Assembly (NCBI GenBank): GCA_951406725.2
Contig: OX597827.1
Span: 34,534,001 to 34,598,000 of the forward strand
DNA: 64,000 bases
Direction of reading: 5' to 3'
From: Octopus vulgaris
Lineage: Eukaryota
Shown here in pieces: positions 52,551 through 64,000 of the stretch (the stretch's first letter is position 1; the number at the start of each line of letters is the position of its first letter). Under the pieces are notes generated by a model that saw only the letters and a list, made by a program, of their open reading frames with translations, ran no database searches and was not told the DNA's origin. The position numbers and the translations under genes are program-made.

Positions 52551-55500
52551 ATTTGATTCAGATAAATAATGTATTTGAGGAGGGGGTGAGCCTGAATTCG
52601 TTGTTTTGCCCTAAGTTAGCCCTTATTGAACAAAACCTATGATCAAAGACATTGGTCTTTTTTTTTTTCAATTATAGTGCATCTATTATCTTATACATTC
52701 GTTTTTTAAGACGCTGATTTGGCTGTTGTTTCTAGCAGGTCAAATGACCACGTAGTGTCTCCCTCCTTGACTCAGGTAAACAATGGTGTGTGTGTGTGTT
52801 TCTGTGTGTATATGGGCGTGCTTATATCTATACTGTATGTAGGTGCTTTGAGTTTTGTGCGCGGTTTTTGATTTAACAGAGAATATGTGAATGAAAAGCC
52901 GTTTAAATATGTGAATACAGACTGATAGAAAAGAAGTGAAAAGTAGTTATTTTTTAGTCTCAATTAAGATGTCATCGAGCAAGTTGTAACAGGACATTCC
53001 GGTTGTGACCATCCCAGCAGTTTCTCTCTCTAGTATTTTCATTAGTGAGCAAATCTCTTATTCTTAAATGCTGTGAAGATAGTGCAAACGATTGGCAAGG
53101 GGAACCAGATATTCTTCAACTTGCTGTGTTCAAAAATCAAAGTTGACGGGGGCCAACTGTTTTACACCCACCTGCTGCTTATCTGTCGTTTTGGGTTTAG
53201 GGCGGAGTATTTTTTAATCGGGAAAGAAAGCAGTGCCTATGACCCATTACAAGGTCTTCAAGACAGGTGAGAGGAAGAGAGGAAATGATCCTCAAACCGG
53301 AAACCTAGTCAGAATGCTTACAATGGAGTGTACTCCGCTAAAGTGCCGGATGATGGTGTGAAACTGGACAAGTAATGTCTACCACTCAATTGAGGAAAGG
53401 CGAGATTTGAACTCAGAGCGCACAGATATCCACTCGACGTTCTTACAGTTTCGCCAATCGATTACCTTGGGATGACACTTTTTTATCAACCCTTGAAAGA
53501 TTGACCTCAGAGCACAGTGCATTTTATGAGTTAAGGTTGCTGGACCCACACCCAACACTCTTTACACGAGTACCGGGTCGAAAGTTAAGTGAACCTCAGC
53601 AGTTGAAAGTTAAGTTCTCCATTCCTTGAATTATTCTTCTATAAGAATGTAATTCTCACGGGCCTGTAGCAGTGGGGACCTCCGGCGTTCTTGGCCCCCG
53701 GACCATATCCTTGCTCCCCTCACCTGTCCGCAAGTGACAGCCCTGTGAGTGAGTGGCTGTTCCACCGCATCTCCCTCACCATCCTCCAGGACAACGCCTT
53801 TTCCATTTTGTCAGTTGGGACCTTGATGCGATCTGACTTACAGGAAATTGTACATCCCACTCCTTAATGTAACGTATTTATTGGCTATTATTGATTTCAC
53901 CATTTTACGCGATGCAAATCCCCTAATGATTCTTGTTAGGTCTTTTCTTTGTCTTGCACCTTTGTACTATCCTATGCATCTTCAGGATTTTGTGGTCAAT
54001 AAAAGAAAAATTAAGATGCGTTATAAGAAGAATTCGTTACTCTTTAGAGTGCCTCTTCGGTTCAGCTTTTTTTTTTAATTAAATTTTTTTTTTATTTCTT
54101 GGAGTAGGCATGAAATCAAAGATAAGTACTGAAAGAAAATGGGTAAGTTGTTTGTGAATTTTAATAAAAGTGAACTACATATGCTTCATACATCATGGAA
54201 AAGGAAAAGGTTGTGAAAGTGGGTGGATGTAAAAGGAAATTAAATTTTTGGAACAATTTTTCCATTTTTTTTCGAGAGCCGTATTTTCCGTTGTATGAAA
54301 CAAAAGAAAACTGAAGTAAAAAAAAAAAAAAACTTCTATTATCCTTTCCTACAAGGTGTAGAACGTTTTTTTTTTTTTTTTTTTTCTTAAATGGGTAGGA
54401 TGTAATTTAAGGGATATTTCGCTGCTATTTCTAACAAGTGTATACGAGGCTCTCACATTGGTATGTTTTTAAAAGTCACTGTTAATATGTGAATGAGTGA
54501 GGGTGGGGACTACTGAATTATAAGGCGTAAACAAAGATTTGCGCAAGGAAACGATAACGCTTGTTAAGGTATTTACAAAGACGTTTGAGAGAAATCGAGC
54601 AGGAAGTCAGAGAGGGGGAGAAACGGGGAGCAGAAGGCCAGAGAGCAAGAGAAAGAGAGGGAAGGCCGACTGTTAACAGGTGAATCCATAGATACAATGT
54701 GAAACTCCAGAGTTACAAATACAATAAGACGAGAGTAATTGATACATTGTTCTCCCATTTCTTTTTATTTAGCAGAAACGAAGCATGAGATTGATTGATA
54801 GGTGTAAAGTTATGATGTTGTAAACGTTAACTAATTATTAACATTGTTAGAATGGACTTAACCCCCCCCCCCTCTCTCGTTTCCTGAACGGCCAGGCGTC
54901 GCAATATACTCTGAGTTGCGACGAAGTGAATCAACTACTTCCAAATGACTAATATATTATCGAACACACACGCACATGTATGCATACATATTTATTGGAG
55001 AGATTGCGCGTGCGTTATGTGGCTCAAGCAGGCTACAAAATATATGTGAAATAAATGGTCCGTGTAAAATAACATCAATACAGACCCCGTATTCCTGGCT
55101 AATGAATGCCTCATACATTTAGCCAGAACACGCAACGCATACACACACAGGCACTTTTTTAAAGCCTAGCAACAAAATCATCAGTGAACTATCTCAATAT
55201 TTCACGTAGTAAACTATTGCAATTAACTATAAGCATATGCAAATATTTACTCTTCGTACATATCTATTGTAAACGTTTGTGTGCGCGTGTGTGTACATAT
55301 ATATATATATATGTGTGTGTGTGTATGTACATGCATATATATATATATATATATACATACATATATAATACAGGAAAAGAGTACATGTTTATCAAACTTT
55401 TTCGGGGAAACCGTTGACAGTGACTGAAGTTTCGATTAGCTTACCTTCGTTAGACTGTGTGTGTGTATATATATATATATATATAATATAATATAATTAT

Positions 55501-55548
55501 ATTGGTCTTGTAAACCAGGGGTCGGGAGTTCGATCCTCCCTGGGGGCT
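55501..55548 (+). pseudogene. 5'-truncated tRNA-Thr(TGT) copy
   Basis: Anticodon arm TTGGT-CTTGTAA-ACCAG, variable loop GGGTC, perfect T arm GGGAG-TTCGATC-CTCCC, acceptor 3' strand TGGGGGC+T; D arm and 5' acceptor strand absent. Confidence 0.85.
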
Positions 55549-55580
55549 GGTACACAGCATATTTCGCTCCAATACTTTTT

Positions 55581-55632
55581 CCGTCCAACCCATGCTAGCA
55601 AGGAAAACGAACGTTAAACGACGATGATGAAG
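55581..55632 (+). mobile_element. Isolated RTE-type 3' tail
   Basis: CGTCCAACCCATGCTAGCAAGGAAAACGAACGTTAAACGACGATGATGA, same tail as family D (14228). Confidence 0.8.
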
Positions 55633-57152
55633 AGGAGGATATATATATATATGACATATATACACACAGATATACATATACATGCACATACACACACAGG
55701 AGACCAGTTAGTAAAGTCATTAGAACATTGGATAGATTGCATTGTTACAATCATTACTGCTGAGCGTACCCTGAGTTCAAATCCTGTTATGGTTAAATTT
55801 GCCTTTTATCCTTCCAGAATCAATAAAAACTGTTGTGATTATAAAATTTAAATTATGTAATTCTTGATTGTAATATATTATTGATTATATACTATACATT
55901 ATTGATTCTTATGGAATAATTATTGAATTTTGTTTTCTTATTATTATTCTGTCTTCATATAAATTATTATTAACTAACAGTGTCTTTATTATTGAACAAT
56001 ATTGTGTAATTCTGAAATGGCTTCAATTTTTTACGGCTATGAATTCTCTGGGGACCACCGGTAGGCCCCAGGGACCACATTGGGAATCACTACTTTAAAC
56101 AATACTGGATGAAATGAATATTGAAATTATTTACAAATTTTGTTAGTACATGAAACATGCTATAATTTACAAGTTCCAGTAGAATATGTGACAAAGATTA
56201 TATTCCTAGCTGAACTTATCCCCTTCAATTTTTTTGTACCAGAAACTTCCATCCCTAGTCAATATTAACTCCAGATAACTTATGTAGGACATTTTCATAT
56301 TAAAGAAGAAAAAATTAAAAGGCTTTGATTTTTTTCTTTTAAACAAAAGAATTTTGATAAAAAAAAATATATAAAGGTATAGCTTTGTGGTTGGAAAATT
56401 TGCTTCACACCCATGGGTTTCTGGGTTCAATTCTGCTGTGTGGTACATTGGGTAAGTGTCTTTTACTGTAGTCTAAGGTTGATCAATGTCTTGTAAGTAA
56501 AATTGGTAGAATGATTCTATGAAGAAACCCACAAGATGTGTTTGTGTGTGTGTTCATTTACATGTTTACTGCTCTAATATACTAGGCTATCAAAGGTTAC
56601 TTTCAATAAACAGACATCATTAAAATGGGACCCTGCTCTGTGTTTGAAATTATCTCTAATATTGATAGGATCAATGAAAGACACCTGAAGACAGTGCCTG
56701 AGCATGGTCATAGCACACTGACTGAAATTAATAAAAGAAGAAACAATTCTAGGTTTCAAAACATTTTTTAATGATAAACATTCAAATGTAAAGACAATGT
56801 TAAATGATTTTTCTGTGTAAATGTATGCATACATGCACAAATGGAATTTCCTTCTAAGTAGAAGTTCACCCGAAACAAAAGTCATGGAAATTATTAGGAT
56901 GAATATTCTTTGGGTGGGAGATCAGAATAAATAAAAGAATGCAAATGATTGTGTCATGTAAAGTGGGATGGGTAGGTTGGTGAAGTACACAGCTGCCTTC
57001 AGAGACAACGGTAAAAAATCTTTGGTTTCATAATGGTTGAATCATTCGCCCAAAACAATGAGATTTTTGTTTCTTTTTTAAGACATGTAATAGTAGACGT
57101 AGTGAGGGAATATTTATATTGATAGGAATCATTAATTAACAAGAAAATAATT

Positions 57153-57196
<44 letters not shown>

Positions 57197-57519
57197 TTTT
57201 CTAGGACTCTCCTTTTCCTTCTCTCCAGTCATTTTCCTCTTTCCTTTCTGACACAGAACAATGCTTGAAATGTCACACCCCCATCTTACTTTCTCTGAGC
57301 ATCAATCTCATATATTCGCCATGTACATCCTTTTGAATTTTGTTGTTTTTCCTATTTTTGTTTTTTACTTGCCTACATATATACATATATATATATCATC
57401 CAAACTCACACCCCACCCTTGCTTTCCCCACTCTCACCTCTCCCACCACACCACCATGCACACACTAGCACTGACTACTTCCCAGCACCCACACACACAT
57501 ACATGCTCTCATATACACA

Positions 57520-57765
57520 CGCACATGGACCTTCGTTTTGGGATCACCACTACTTTATTATCTCCCCTTCTTCCTAGCTCTCCTATGTGACCCCTCTGTC
57601 CGGCATTTGCCATGATAGATCGCTAGCCACTACACATTATTTTCTCTCCCTGTTTCTTTCTGTTGAAGAATGTAGGCTCAAAATGTTAAAGACTTTTTCA
57701 CTTCCCAAGCGTTAAACTAATACATCTGTTGTCTACACCACCTGTCTTTGTCTTTTGTTTTTTAT
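57520..57765 (+). mobile_element. PLE 3' end/pLTR (same family as 33236-33510)
   Basis: TTTTGGGATCACCA.TACTTTATT.TCTCCCCTTCTTCCTAGCTCTCC and CTGTTGAAGAATGTAGGCTCAAAATGT; ends in (TA)n. Confidence 0.75.
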
Positions 57766-58090
57766 ATATACATATACACTCACACATACATATGTATATA
57801 TTGTGTGTACAGTTAGATGCACAACTGCTACTGTTGAGTTTCAAACTCCATGCAGAATATCATCATCCAATCTGCTTCCAGTAAAGTGGTGTAGTTACTA
57901 CTATACTTAGTAGTGTTATTGAACATATATAAAATAATGCAATAAAGTGTTGTTTTGATGATATACTGAGGTGTTCAGCAATCAACTGCACTTGGAACAT
58001 CTAGTGCAAAGGTTAAAAATTTGAAAATAAACACAACTGAAATGTATGGAGAAAACAAACTTGCATTTAATCATTTCTCCAGCATATATA

Positions 58091-58488
58091 CAGGGTGCAA
58101 TGGGTAAATTGTTGCCATTTCATAGTTTTAATTTCACACATGTGCATTGTTTGTGGTTGATTTTGTTAATTACACAGTATACAAAGGTTAGTTGAGCACC
58201 ATCTGTGCGAAAAACAGTACCATGACACAATTTACTCTGCCAGAAATTTGGAAATGATATGCTGTACTGGTTGGCATTCGTGCTGGATGCTCCAGTAAAA
58301 ACAGATGGTGAATGCATAGAACCACTCGCTTGCCATGTCCTCAAAATATGTATAGTGATAAAAATCAAACATCCAGCCAACATCAGTGTTTGGAGTGATC
58401 ACTAGCAAGGGCAATGTTATGCTTCCATTCATATTCCCACATGGTCTCAGACTCAACACAAAGGCCTACATCAAATGCCTGGAGGAGG
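58091..58488 (+). mobile_element. DD37D (maT)-like Tc1/mariner derivative, left part, truncated by a PLE
   Basis: TA|CAGGGTGCAATGGGTAAATT start; KIKHPANI.VFGVITSKGNVMLPFIFPHGLRLNTKAYIKCLEE. Confidence 0.75.
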
Positions 58489-58498
58489 TATATATATC

Positions 58499-59140
58499 GT
58501 TTTTAGAAAAACATAAATCCAGAGAAGCACACTCTAAGAAGTAGAGTGGTCTATATTTTTCCTGGTGAAGGCCAATTTATGGGGTTATCCTGGGTTTCCT
58601 GTCCATAAAGGGTTTAATTTTATGGCATATCATCAAACCCCAAGACCTGCTGACCTATGACCTCTTTAAAATATGGAAGGGAAAATCTGGATTATCTCCT
58701 TTTGCCATAGCTTCCGACCATAATGCCATCATTCAGCTGTGAAGGTAAATAATAGGGGATTATCTCCCTCTCCTTTTAGCTATCACCTTCTGGCAGTTCC
58801 CAAAAGGCCAGTAGAAATCTCCTAAAGTGCAAACATGGCCCAAAAATCTCCATTCTGGAGTTAAGTATAGCCCCTGGTTCGAATGAGTGCCTTAGGATTG
58901 TCATGCATTCAGCTATGCATAACTTGCAGCGTTTCATCCCGATAATGTAGAGGTCTGAGTTTTCAAGGATTTTCCATAAGATGGAGTGTGGAACTCTGTT
59001 GTCTTTTAGTTGCCATATGTGGCTGGCCAGCGATGTTATGTACCTCTTTTCCAGGACTTTGAAGGATCCATGGTTGGAAAAATGAATTTCTGGTCAAACC
59101 AATATATTTCTGTAGACTTGCAGTCGGTGTTGTACCTATT
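58499..59140 (-). mobile_element. Penelope-like element 3' part: GIY-YIG endonuclease remnant plus pLTR with hammerhead motif
   Basis: Minus strand KYIGLTRNS..NHGSFKVLEKRYITSLASHIWQLKDNRVPHSILWKILENS....KRCKLCIAE...ILNSRMEIFGPCLH. Confidence 0.85.
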
Positions 59141-59362
59141 ATTGTTGTTCATGCCACTGTGGCTGCTGTTGATGTAGTTGTAACTGCTGCTGCTGTTGTT
59201 GCTATGTCAAAGCAGGAGCTGCTGGTGTTAGTGGTGGTGGTTGCATCAGTAATGTTACTGCCCCTGCATACGTTACCAGCAAAGCACTTCTTTATGTTGT
59301 TACTAATGCTGCCATACATACACACACCTGTGGGTGTATGTGTATATATATATATATACATA

Positions 59363-59817
59363 CTGGGTGTGATGGGTAAATTGTCACCTTTTTATATTCT
59401 TAATTTTGCACATGCGCATTGTTGTTGATTTTGTCAGCTACACAGTATAGTAGGGTCAGTTGGGTACTGTCTGTGAGAATAACAACACCATGATGCAGTA
59501 CACTCTGCCAAAAATTTGGAAATGACATGCTGTACTGCTTGGCATTCATGATGGAAGCTCCAATTCAAACATTTCACAGTGTTTGGGTGTTGATCTGAGG
59601 ACAGTGCATGAACCGAATGATAAAAATTAAACATCCAGTCAACATCATGTTTTGGAGTGATCACTAGTGATGGCAACATAATGCCTCTATTCATCTTCCC
59701 TTTAATATTTCAAGATATTTTTAAGTAACTTTAGTAAATATATGTTAAAATAAATGAGATGACAATTTTATTTTCATTTTTGCATAATTTAGACACCAAC
59801 ATATTCACCACACCCTG
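59363..59817 (+). mobile_element. Internally deleted DD37D-like element (same family as 58091)
   Basis: TA|CTGGGTGTGATGGGTAAATTG ... CACCACACCCTG|TA; KHPVNIMFGVITSDG-like segment. Confidence 0.7.
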
Positions 59818-59829
59818 TATGTATATATG

Positions 59830-60795
59830 CTCTGTGAACATTGTAAAGGCTGTAATATGACACAGATAGCTGCAAAGCCATGGCCAGCAGGTGTTCTGAT
59901 TGCATCCACATGCCATAATTCATCCAACACCTGCAAGACAAGGTGACAAAAAATCTGAGCAAAGCAATCCAGACTTTTGTGAGTGAGATGAGTGTTGGAG
60001 CTACCACCATGAAGTTGGCCCTGAATGAGCGCCTTCTCTACCATTTATATAAGACCAAGACCAAAGAGAACTTCTTGAAGACAAAGTAACTGCTGAACAA
60101 GCTAAGACATTCTACTGAGCTGGGGAATATCTGGTTCTTCGTAGATAAAAAGAACAGCAAGGACCATTTGCACAACACCTAGAACAACAGATGGCTTGCA
60201 TACAATCCTTATGCTATCCCAAATATGAAAATCAAGTACCCACAAACTGTGAGTCTTTGGGCATGTCTCTAGTAAGGGTGATGTCATGCTGGCTCACATT
60301 TTTGAACAGGGCCAAAGACTCAGTTCAGATGACTGTGTGAAACTGTTTGTGACTGTAGTCAAAACCTGGTTGGAGAAGGTTGCTTCTGAGAGGACATGTG
60401 TGGCAGCAGGATTTGGCATCTTGCCATACCTCTAGAAAGAGTTAGAAGTGACTTCACCAACCCCAATTTCCAGCTTCCTAGTTTCCTTGATTTTAATCCC
60501 ATGGATTACTATGTGTAGGGCACAGCTAAAGAAGATACCAACTGCCTTGCCTGCAATACCAAGGCTAAACTGGTGGTCAAGATCAAGGGGTGTTTGAAGA
60601 CATTGCAAGAGACACAGTGAGGAATAGATGTACTAGATTCTAGAGCAGTCGTAAAAGCTGAGGGTGGCTACTTAGAGTAAAATGTTATCTCCCAGTCATT
60701 ATCTTGCTAATACATTTTGAGTCTTTAAAATACCATTGGATGGGATGTTTTCTTCTTCTTTTATGCAAACTGTCAAATTGAGCCCAAGTACCCTA
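59830..60795 (+). pseudogene. DD37D-like transposase pseudogene
   Basis: Degenerate KYPQTV..SSKGDVM..HIFEQG..VVKTWLEKVA..WQQD.A.CHTSRK..DFNPMDYYV..KAEGGYLE*; ends ..GTACCCTA TA. Confidence 0.8.
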
Positions 60796-60886
60796 TATAT
60801 ATATGTGTGAGCATGTACATGTATGATATATATATATATCATATATAAATATATGTATAGGTATACATATAATCTATATAAATATC

Positions 60887-60917
<31 letters not shown>

Positions 60918-61034
60918 TATCATATATATATACACACACATATATCATATATTTATATATACAGACACACACATATATCATATATATATATACACACACA
61001 TATATAATTATATATGTATATATACATATATATG

Positions 61035-61069
<35 letters not shown>

Positions 61070-61214
61070 CATATTTCTTTTTTTGATAGTTTACTTTGTC
61101 TTTTTGTCTTCCCTCCTGGTGCTATATGAACATTTAATGTGGTTTTAGAGTCAGGTTTTGACTGCTATTTTCTGCGTGGTGGTATCTCTTAGATACCCTA
61201 AATTATAATTTTAA

Positions 61215-61422
61215 ATATATGTGACCGCGTGTGTATCGTTGGCGATTTTTTTTCCACCGTCTTCCCTTCCTTGGATCTTTCCTTTTCCTATGTTTCTGAC
61301 GAAGAGCTCCGCTTGTAACATTAAATCCTCCTTCTTTCTTTCCTTTCCTGAGTGTCCAATAACACTATACTTGTCCCACGTCCTCACGTTGTTGTGTTTT
61401 CTCTTTGGTTTCATGTTTGGAT

Positions 61423-61428
<6 letters not shown>
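61215..61428 (+). mobile_element. PLE pLTR remnant with a hammerhead-like core
   Basis: TTT-CTGACGA-AGAGC-TCC-GCTT-GTAA-CATTA; ends in (TA)n. Confidence 0.55.
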
Positions 61429-61468
<40 letters not shown>

Positions 61469-61535
61469 CATATATATATACACATCATATATGTGTGTAT
61501 CATATATATATATATATATATTGCATATATTATAT

Positions 61536-61578
<43 letters not shown>

Positions 61579-61618
61579 ATATGTATACCTATCATATATA
61601 TATATATACACACATATG

Positions 61619-61669
<51 letters not shown>

Positions 61670-61699
61670 TATTATATATAAATATATCATATATATATA

Positions 61700-62085
61700 C
61701 ACATATATAAATATATCATATATATATATACATGTATCATATATATATATATCACATATACATATAAATGTATATATCATACACATATATATATGCATAT
61801 ATATATATACATGTATCATATATATATATATCACATATACATATAAATGTATATATCATACATATATATATATATATATACATGTATCATATATATATAT
61901 ATCACATATACATATAAATGTATATATCATACATATATATATATATATATACATGTATCATATATATATATCACATATACATATAAATGTATATATCATA
62001 CACATATATATATATATATACATGTATCATATATATATATCACATATACATATAAATGTATATATCATACACATATAAATATACA
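61700..62085. repeat. ~70-bp higher-order minisatellite built from TA/CA runs (about 5 units)
   Basis: CATGTATCAT marker recurs at 61731, 61810, 61881, 61952 and 62021. Confidence 0.85.
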
Positions 62086-62210
62086 TATATATATATATCT
62101 GTATATATGATATGCGACAATTATTTGGTAGCCATGATAAAACTCCGAGAATTGCGACATATTATATTTATAGAATATCGAGGTCTCTTTCATTCTTTTG
62201 TTGTCTTACC

Positions 62211-62260
<50 letters not shown>

Positions 62261-62439
62261 TATATGTACAAAAATTCTATAATTATAATCAGGGGACAGC
62301 TAATTGCTTCACCATGCACCGAATTTAGAAATAGGAGTTAAATGCCTTTTCTACTACCAAAAAAATCCCCCAGACATTAACACGCTTTTTTTCCTGTGCC
62401 CATATATATATGTACATATCATATATATATAATTTTATT

Positions 62440-62484
<45 letters not shown>

Positions 62485-62518
62485 TATATTTCAATCATAT
62501 GTATATATATATATATAT

Positions 62519-62558
<40 letters not shown>

Positions 62559-63017
62559 TCAAATCCATGTTTGTATTTGAATGTCTTGTTTGATTTACAT
62601 GTTTTTCAAGTTAAGTATGTTTTAAATGAAAAAATGATTGAAGTATTCTTTCACAACCAGATGCCTTTCCTGTCATTAACACTTGACTGTGTTTTAAATA
62701 AGGAATCTCTTTAATTACACATGTCTTGAAAGGCTTGAAGTAAGCAGACAATTTGTCAACCAGAGAAATGAAAACAGCAATGTTTGTAGCTTGCAACTTT
62801 TATAGAGCACAAACATAAACAGATATACACACATATTATATAGATAGATTTCTTACAGGTTCCATCTATCAAATTCAGTCACAAGGATTTGGTCAATCTT
62901 GGCTATCATAAGAGATACTTGGCGAAGTTGCCATGCACTGGGACTGAACTCAAAACCATATGATTAAGAAGGGAACTATGTGCCTGTGCCTTCTATCAGT
63001 CTTTTCTGTATGTGTGC

Positions 63018-63048
<31 letters not shown>

Positions 63049-63361
63049 TATATAGTATGTAGATAGGGTTGTAATCGAAGCTGTGTCCTCGTGAAGCACA
63101 CCTGCATATTCCAGTATGCCAACATTGTATGTAGATACTATAATTGTGTGAGGCATGTATAAGAGTAGAAAAATATTGGAAAATAATATTTGCAGAGTAA
63201 TTACACATCAAAACAGAAACAGTAGACTGGAAAATATTTTTTTTATTATTTATTCACCATTGCACATGTTTCATTTTCTAATAGGAGTTAAAATATTATA
63301 CATGTAAGAGAAAATTATAAAATATCTCTTATTAAAAGTTCCTCAGACAGCAAATCAATTA

Positions 63362-64000
63362 TCAAGTTGAATAAAAAATAAGCAACGTTTTGAACCATGA
63401 AGAATTTGTACCAGATTTTTGCAGAATTTTGAAAATGTTTAACAAAAGAATGTTTAACAAAATTTTTGTTAAACATTTTTTTGCAGTTGTCTGATAACAC
63501 AGATATAGACTTGCCCAAATGCATCAATAAATTAACATTTATATTTTTTTTCACCATTGTTACAATCATCTGGAATGGAACTGTGAAAGCGCAATATTTG
63601 AGCAGTTTTGCTATTCAACTCCAAAAAAGGATGTAAAGCAGCTGAAACTGTTCGTGATATCAATGAAACCTATGGTAAGGAAATGACCAGTGAGAGGTCA
63701 GCTTGAAAATGGTTTAAACGATTTTGCAGATTGTGAGCATGGTGGCCGCCCATCTGTCATCAACGACAGTCAATTAAAGACTGTTATTGAGAAAGATCCA
63801 AATAAAACCACTTGAGAACTGGCAAAAGAACTTCAAGTTAACCAGAAAACTGCCTGCAACCATTTGCATGCAATCAGAAAATGCTCATTGCTTCTTCTCC
63901 GCAACCAGACCAATCCATTTCTTGACCATATTGTAACTTGCAATGAAAAGTGGATTCTGTACAACAATAAAAAACGTGTTTTGCAGTGGTTGGACTAAAA
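63362..64000 (+). mobile_element. mariner (DD34D-type) transposon, decayed, runs off the window
   Basis: TIR-like TA|TCAAGTTGAATAAAAAATAAGCAACGTTTT; from ~63575 MEL*KRNI*AVLLFNSKKGCKAAETVRDINETYG...KWFKRF, then FLDHIVTCNEKWILYNN. Confidence 0.85.

Larger units (their letters stand above)
48000..55600. promoter_or_regulatory. CpG-retaining (island-like) promoter domain
   Basis: CG dinucleotides are visibly frequent here (e.g. TCGCGCGCG, GCGCGCGCG) but strongly depleted in the flanks; not quantified. Confidence 0.6.

Noticed and set aside
59149-59428. Ala/Val/Leu-rich ORFs resembling a signal peptide
   Set aside because: Derived from a degenerate (GCT/GTT/GGT)n repeat running into a transposon end

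Overview
AT-rich, microsatellite-dense eukaryotic DNA. The tRNA-derived SINE repertoire looks cephalopod, most likely Octopus (recognised from memory, no search run). One confident protein-coding gene is present: a minus-strand C2H2 zinc-finger gene (ORF 35171-37159, 10 tandem fingers plus 1 atypical finger). Its probable first exon (donor at 49841) and YY1-containing promoter (~50.65 kb) lie in a CpG-retaining domain (~48-55.6 kb). The rest is mostly decayed mobile DNA: several SINE families, RTE/CR1/Hero-like LINE fragments, Tc1, DD37D-like and mariner transposon relics, Tc1-, pogo- and piggyBac-type MITEs, and several Penelope-like element (PLE) remnants. The PLE termini carry minimal hammerhead-ribozyme motifs and consistently abut (TA)n tracts, including a 1.1-kb array. 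Most notable: (i) a 5'-truncated pre-tRNA-Thr(TGT) fused at its oligo-T to an RTE-type 3' tail, a possible proto-SINE chimera; (ii) hammerhead-bearing PLE ends, some as inverted hairpins, that may target or seed TA microsatellites; (iii) a zinc-finger array with near-uniform Q(-1)/N(3)/N(6) recognition helices; (iv) three tandem splice acceptors that would put an upstream ATG in all three reading frames. Most ORF-track entries are microsatellite artefacts. Repeat boundaries are approximate.
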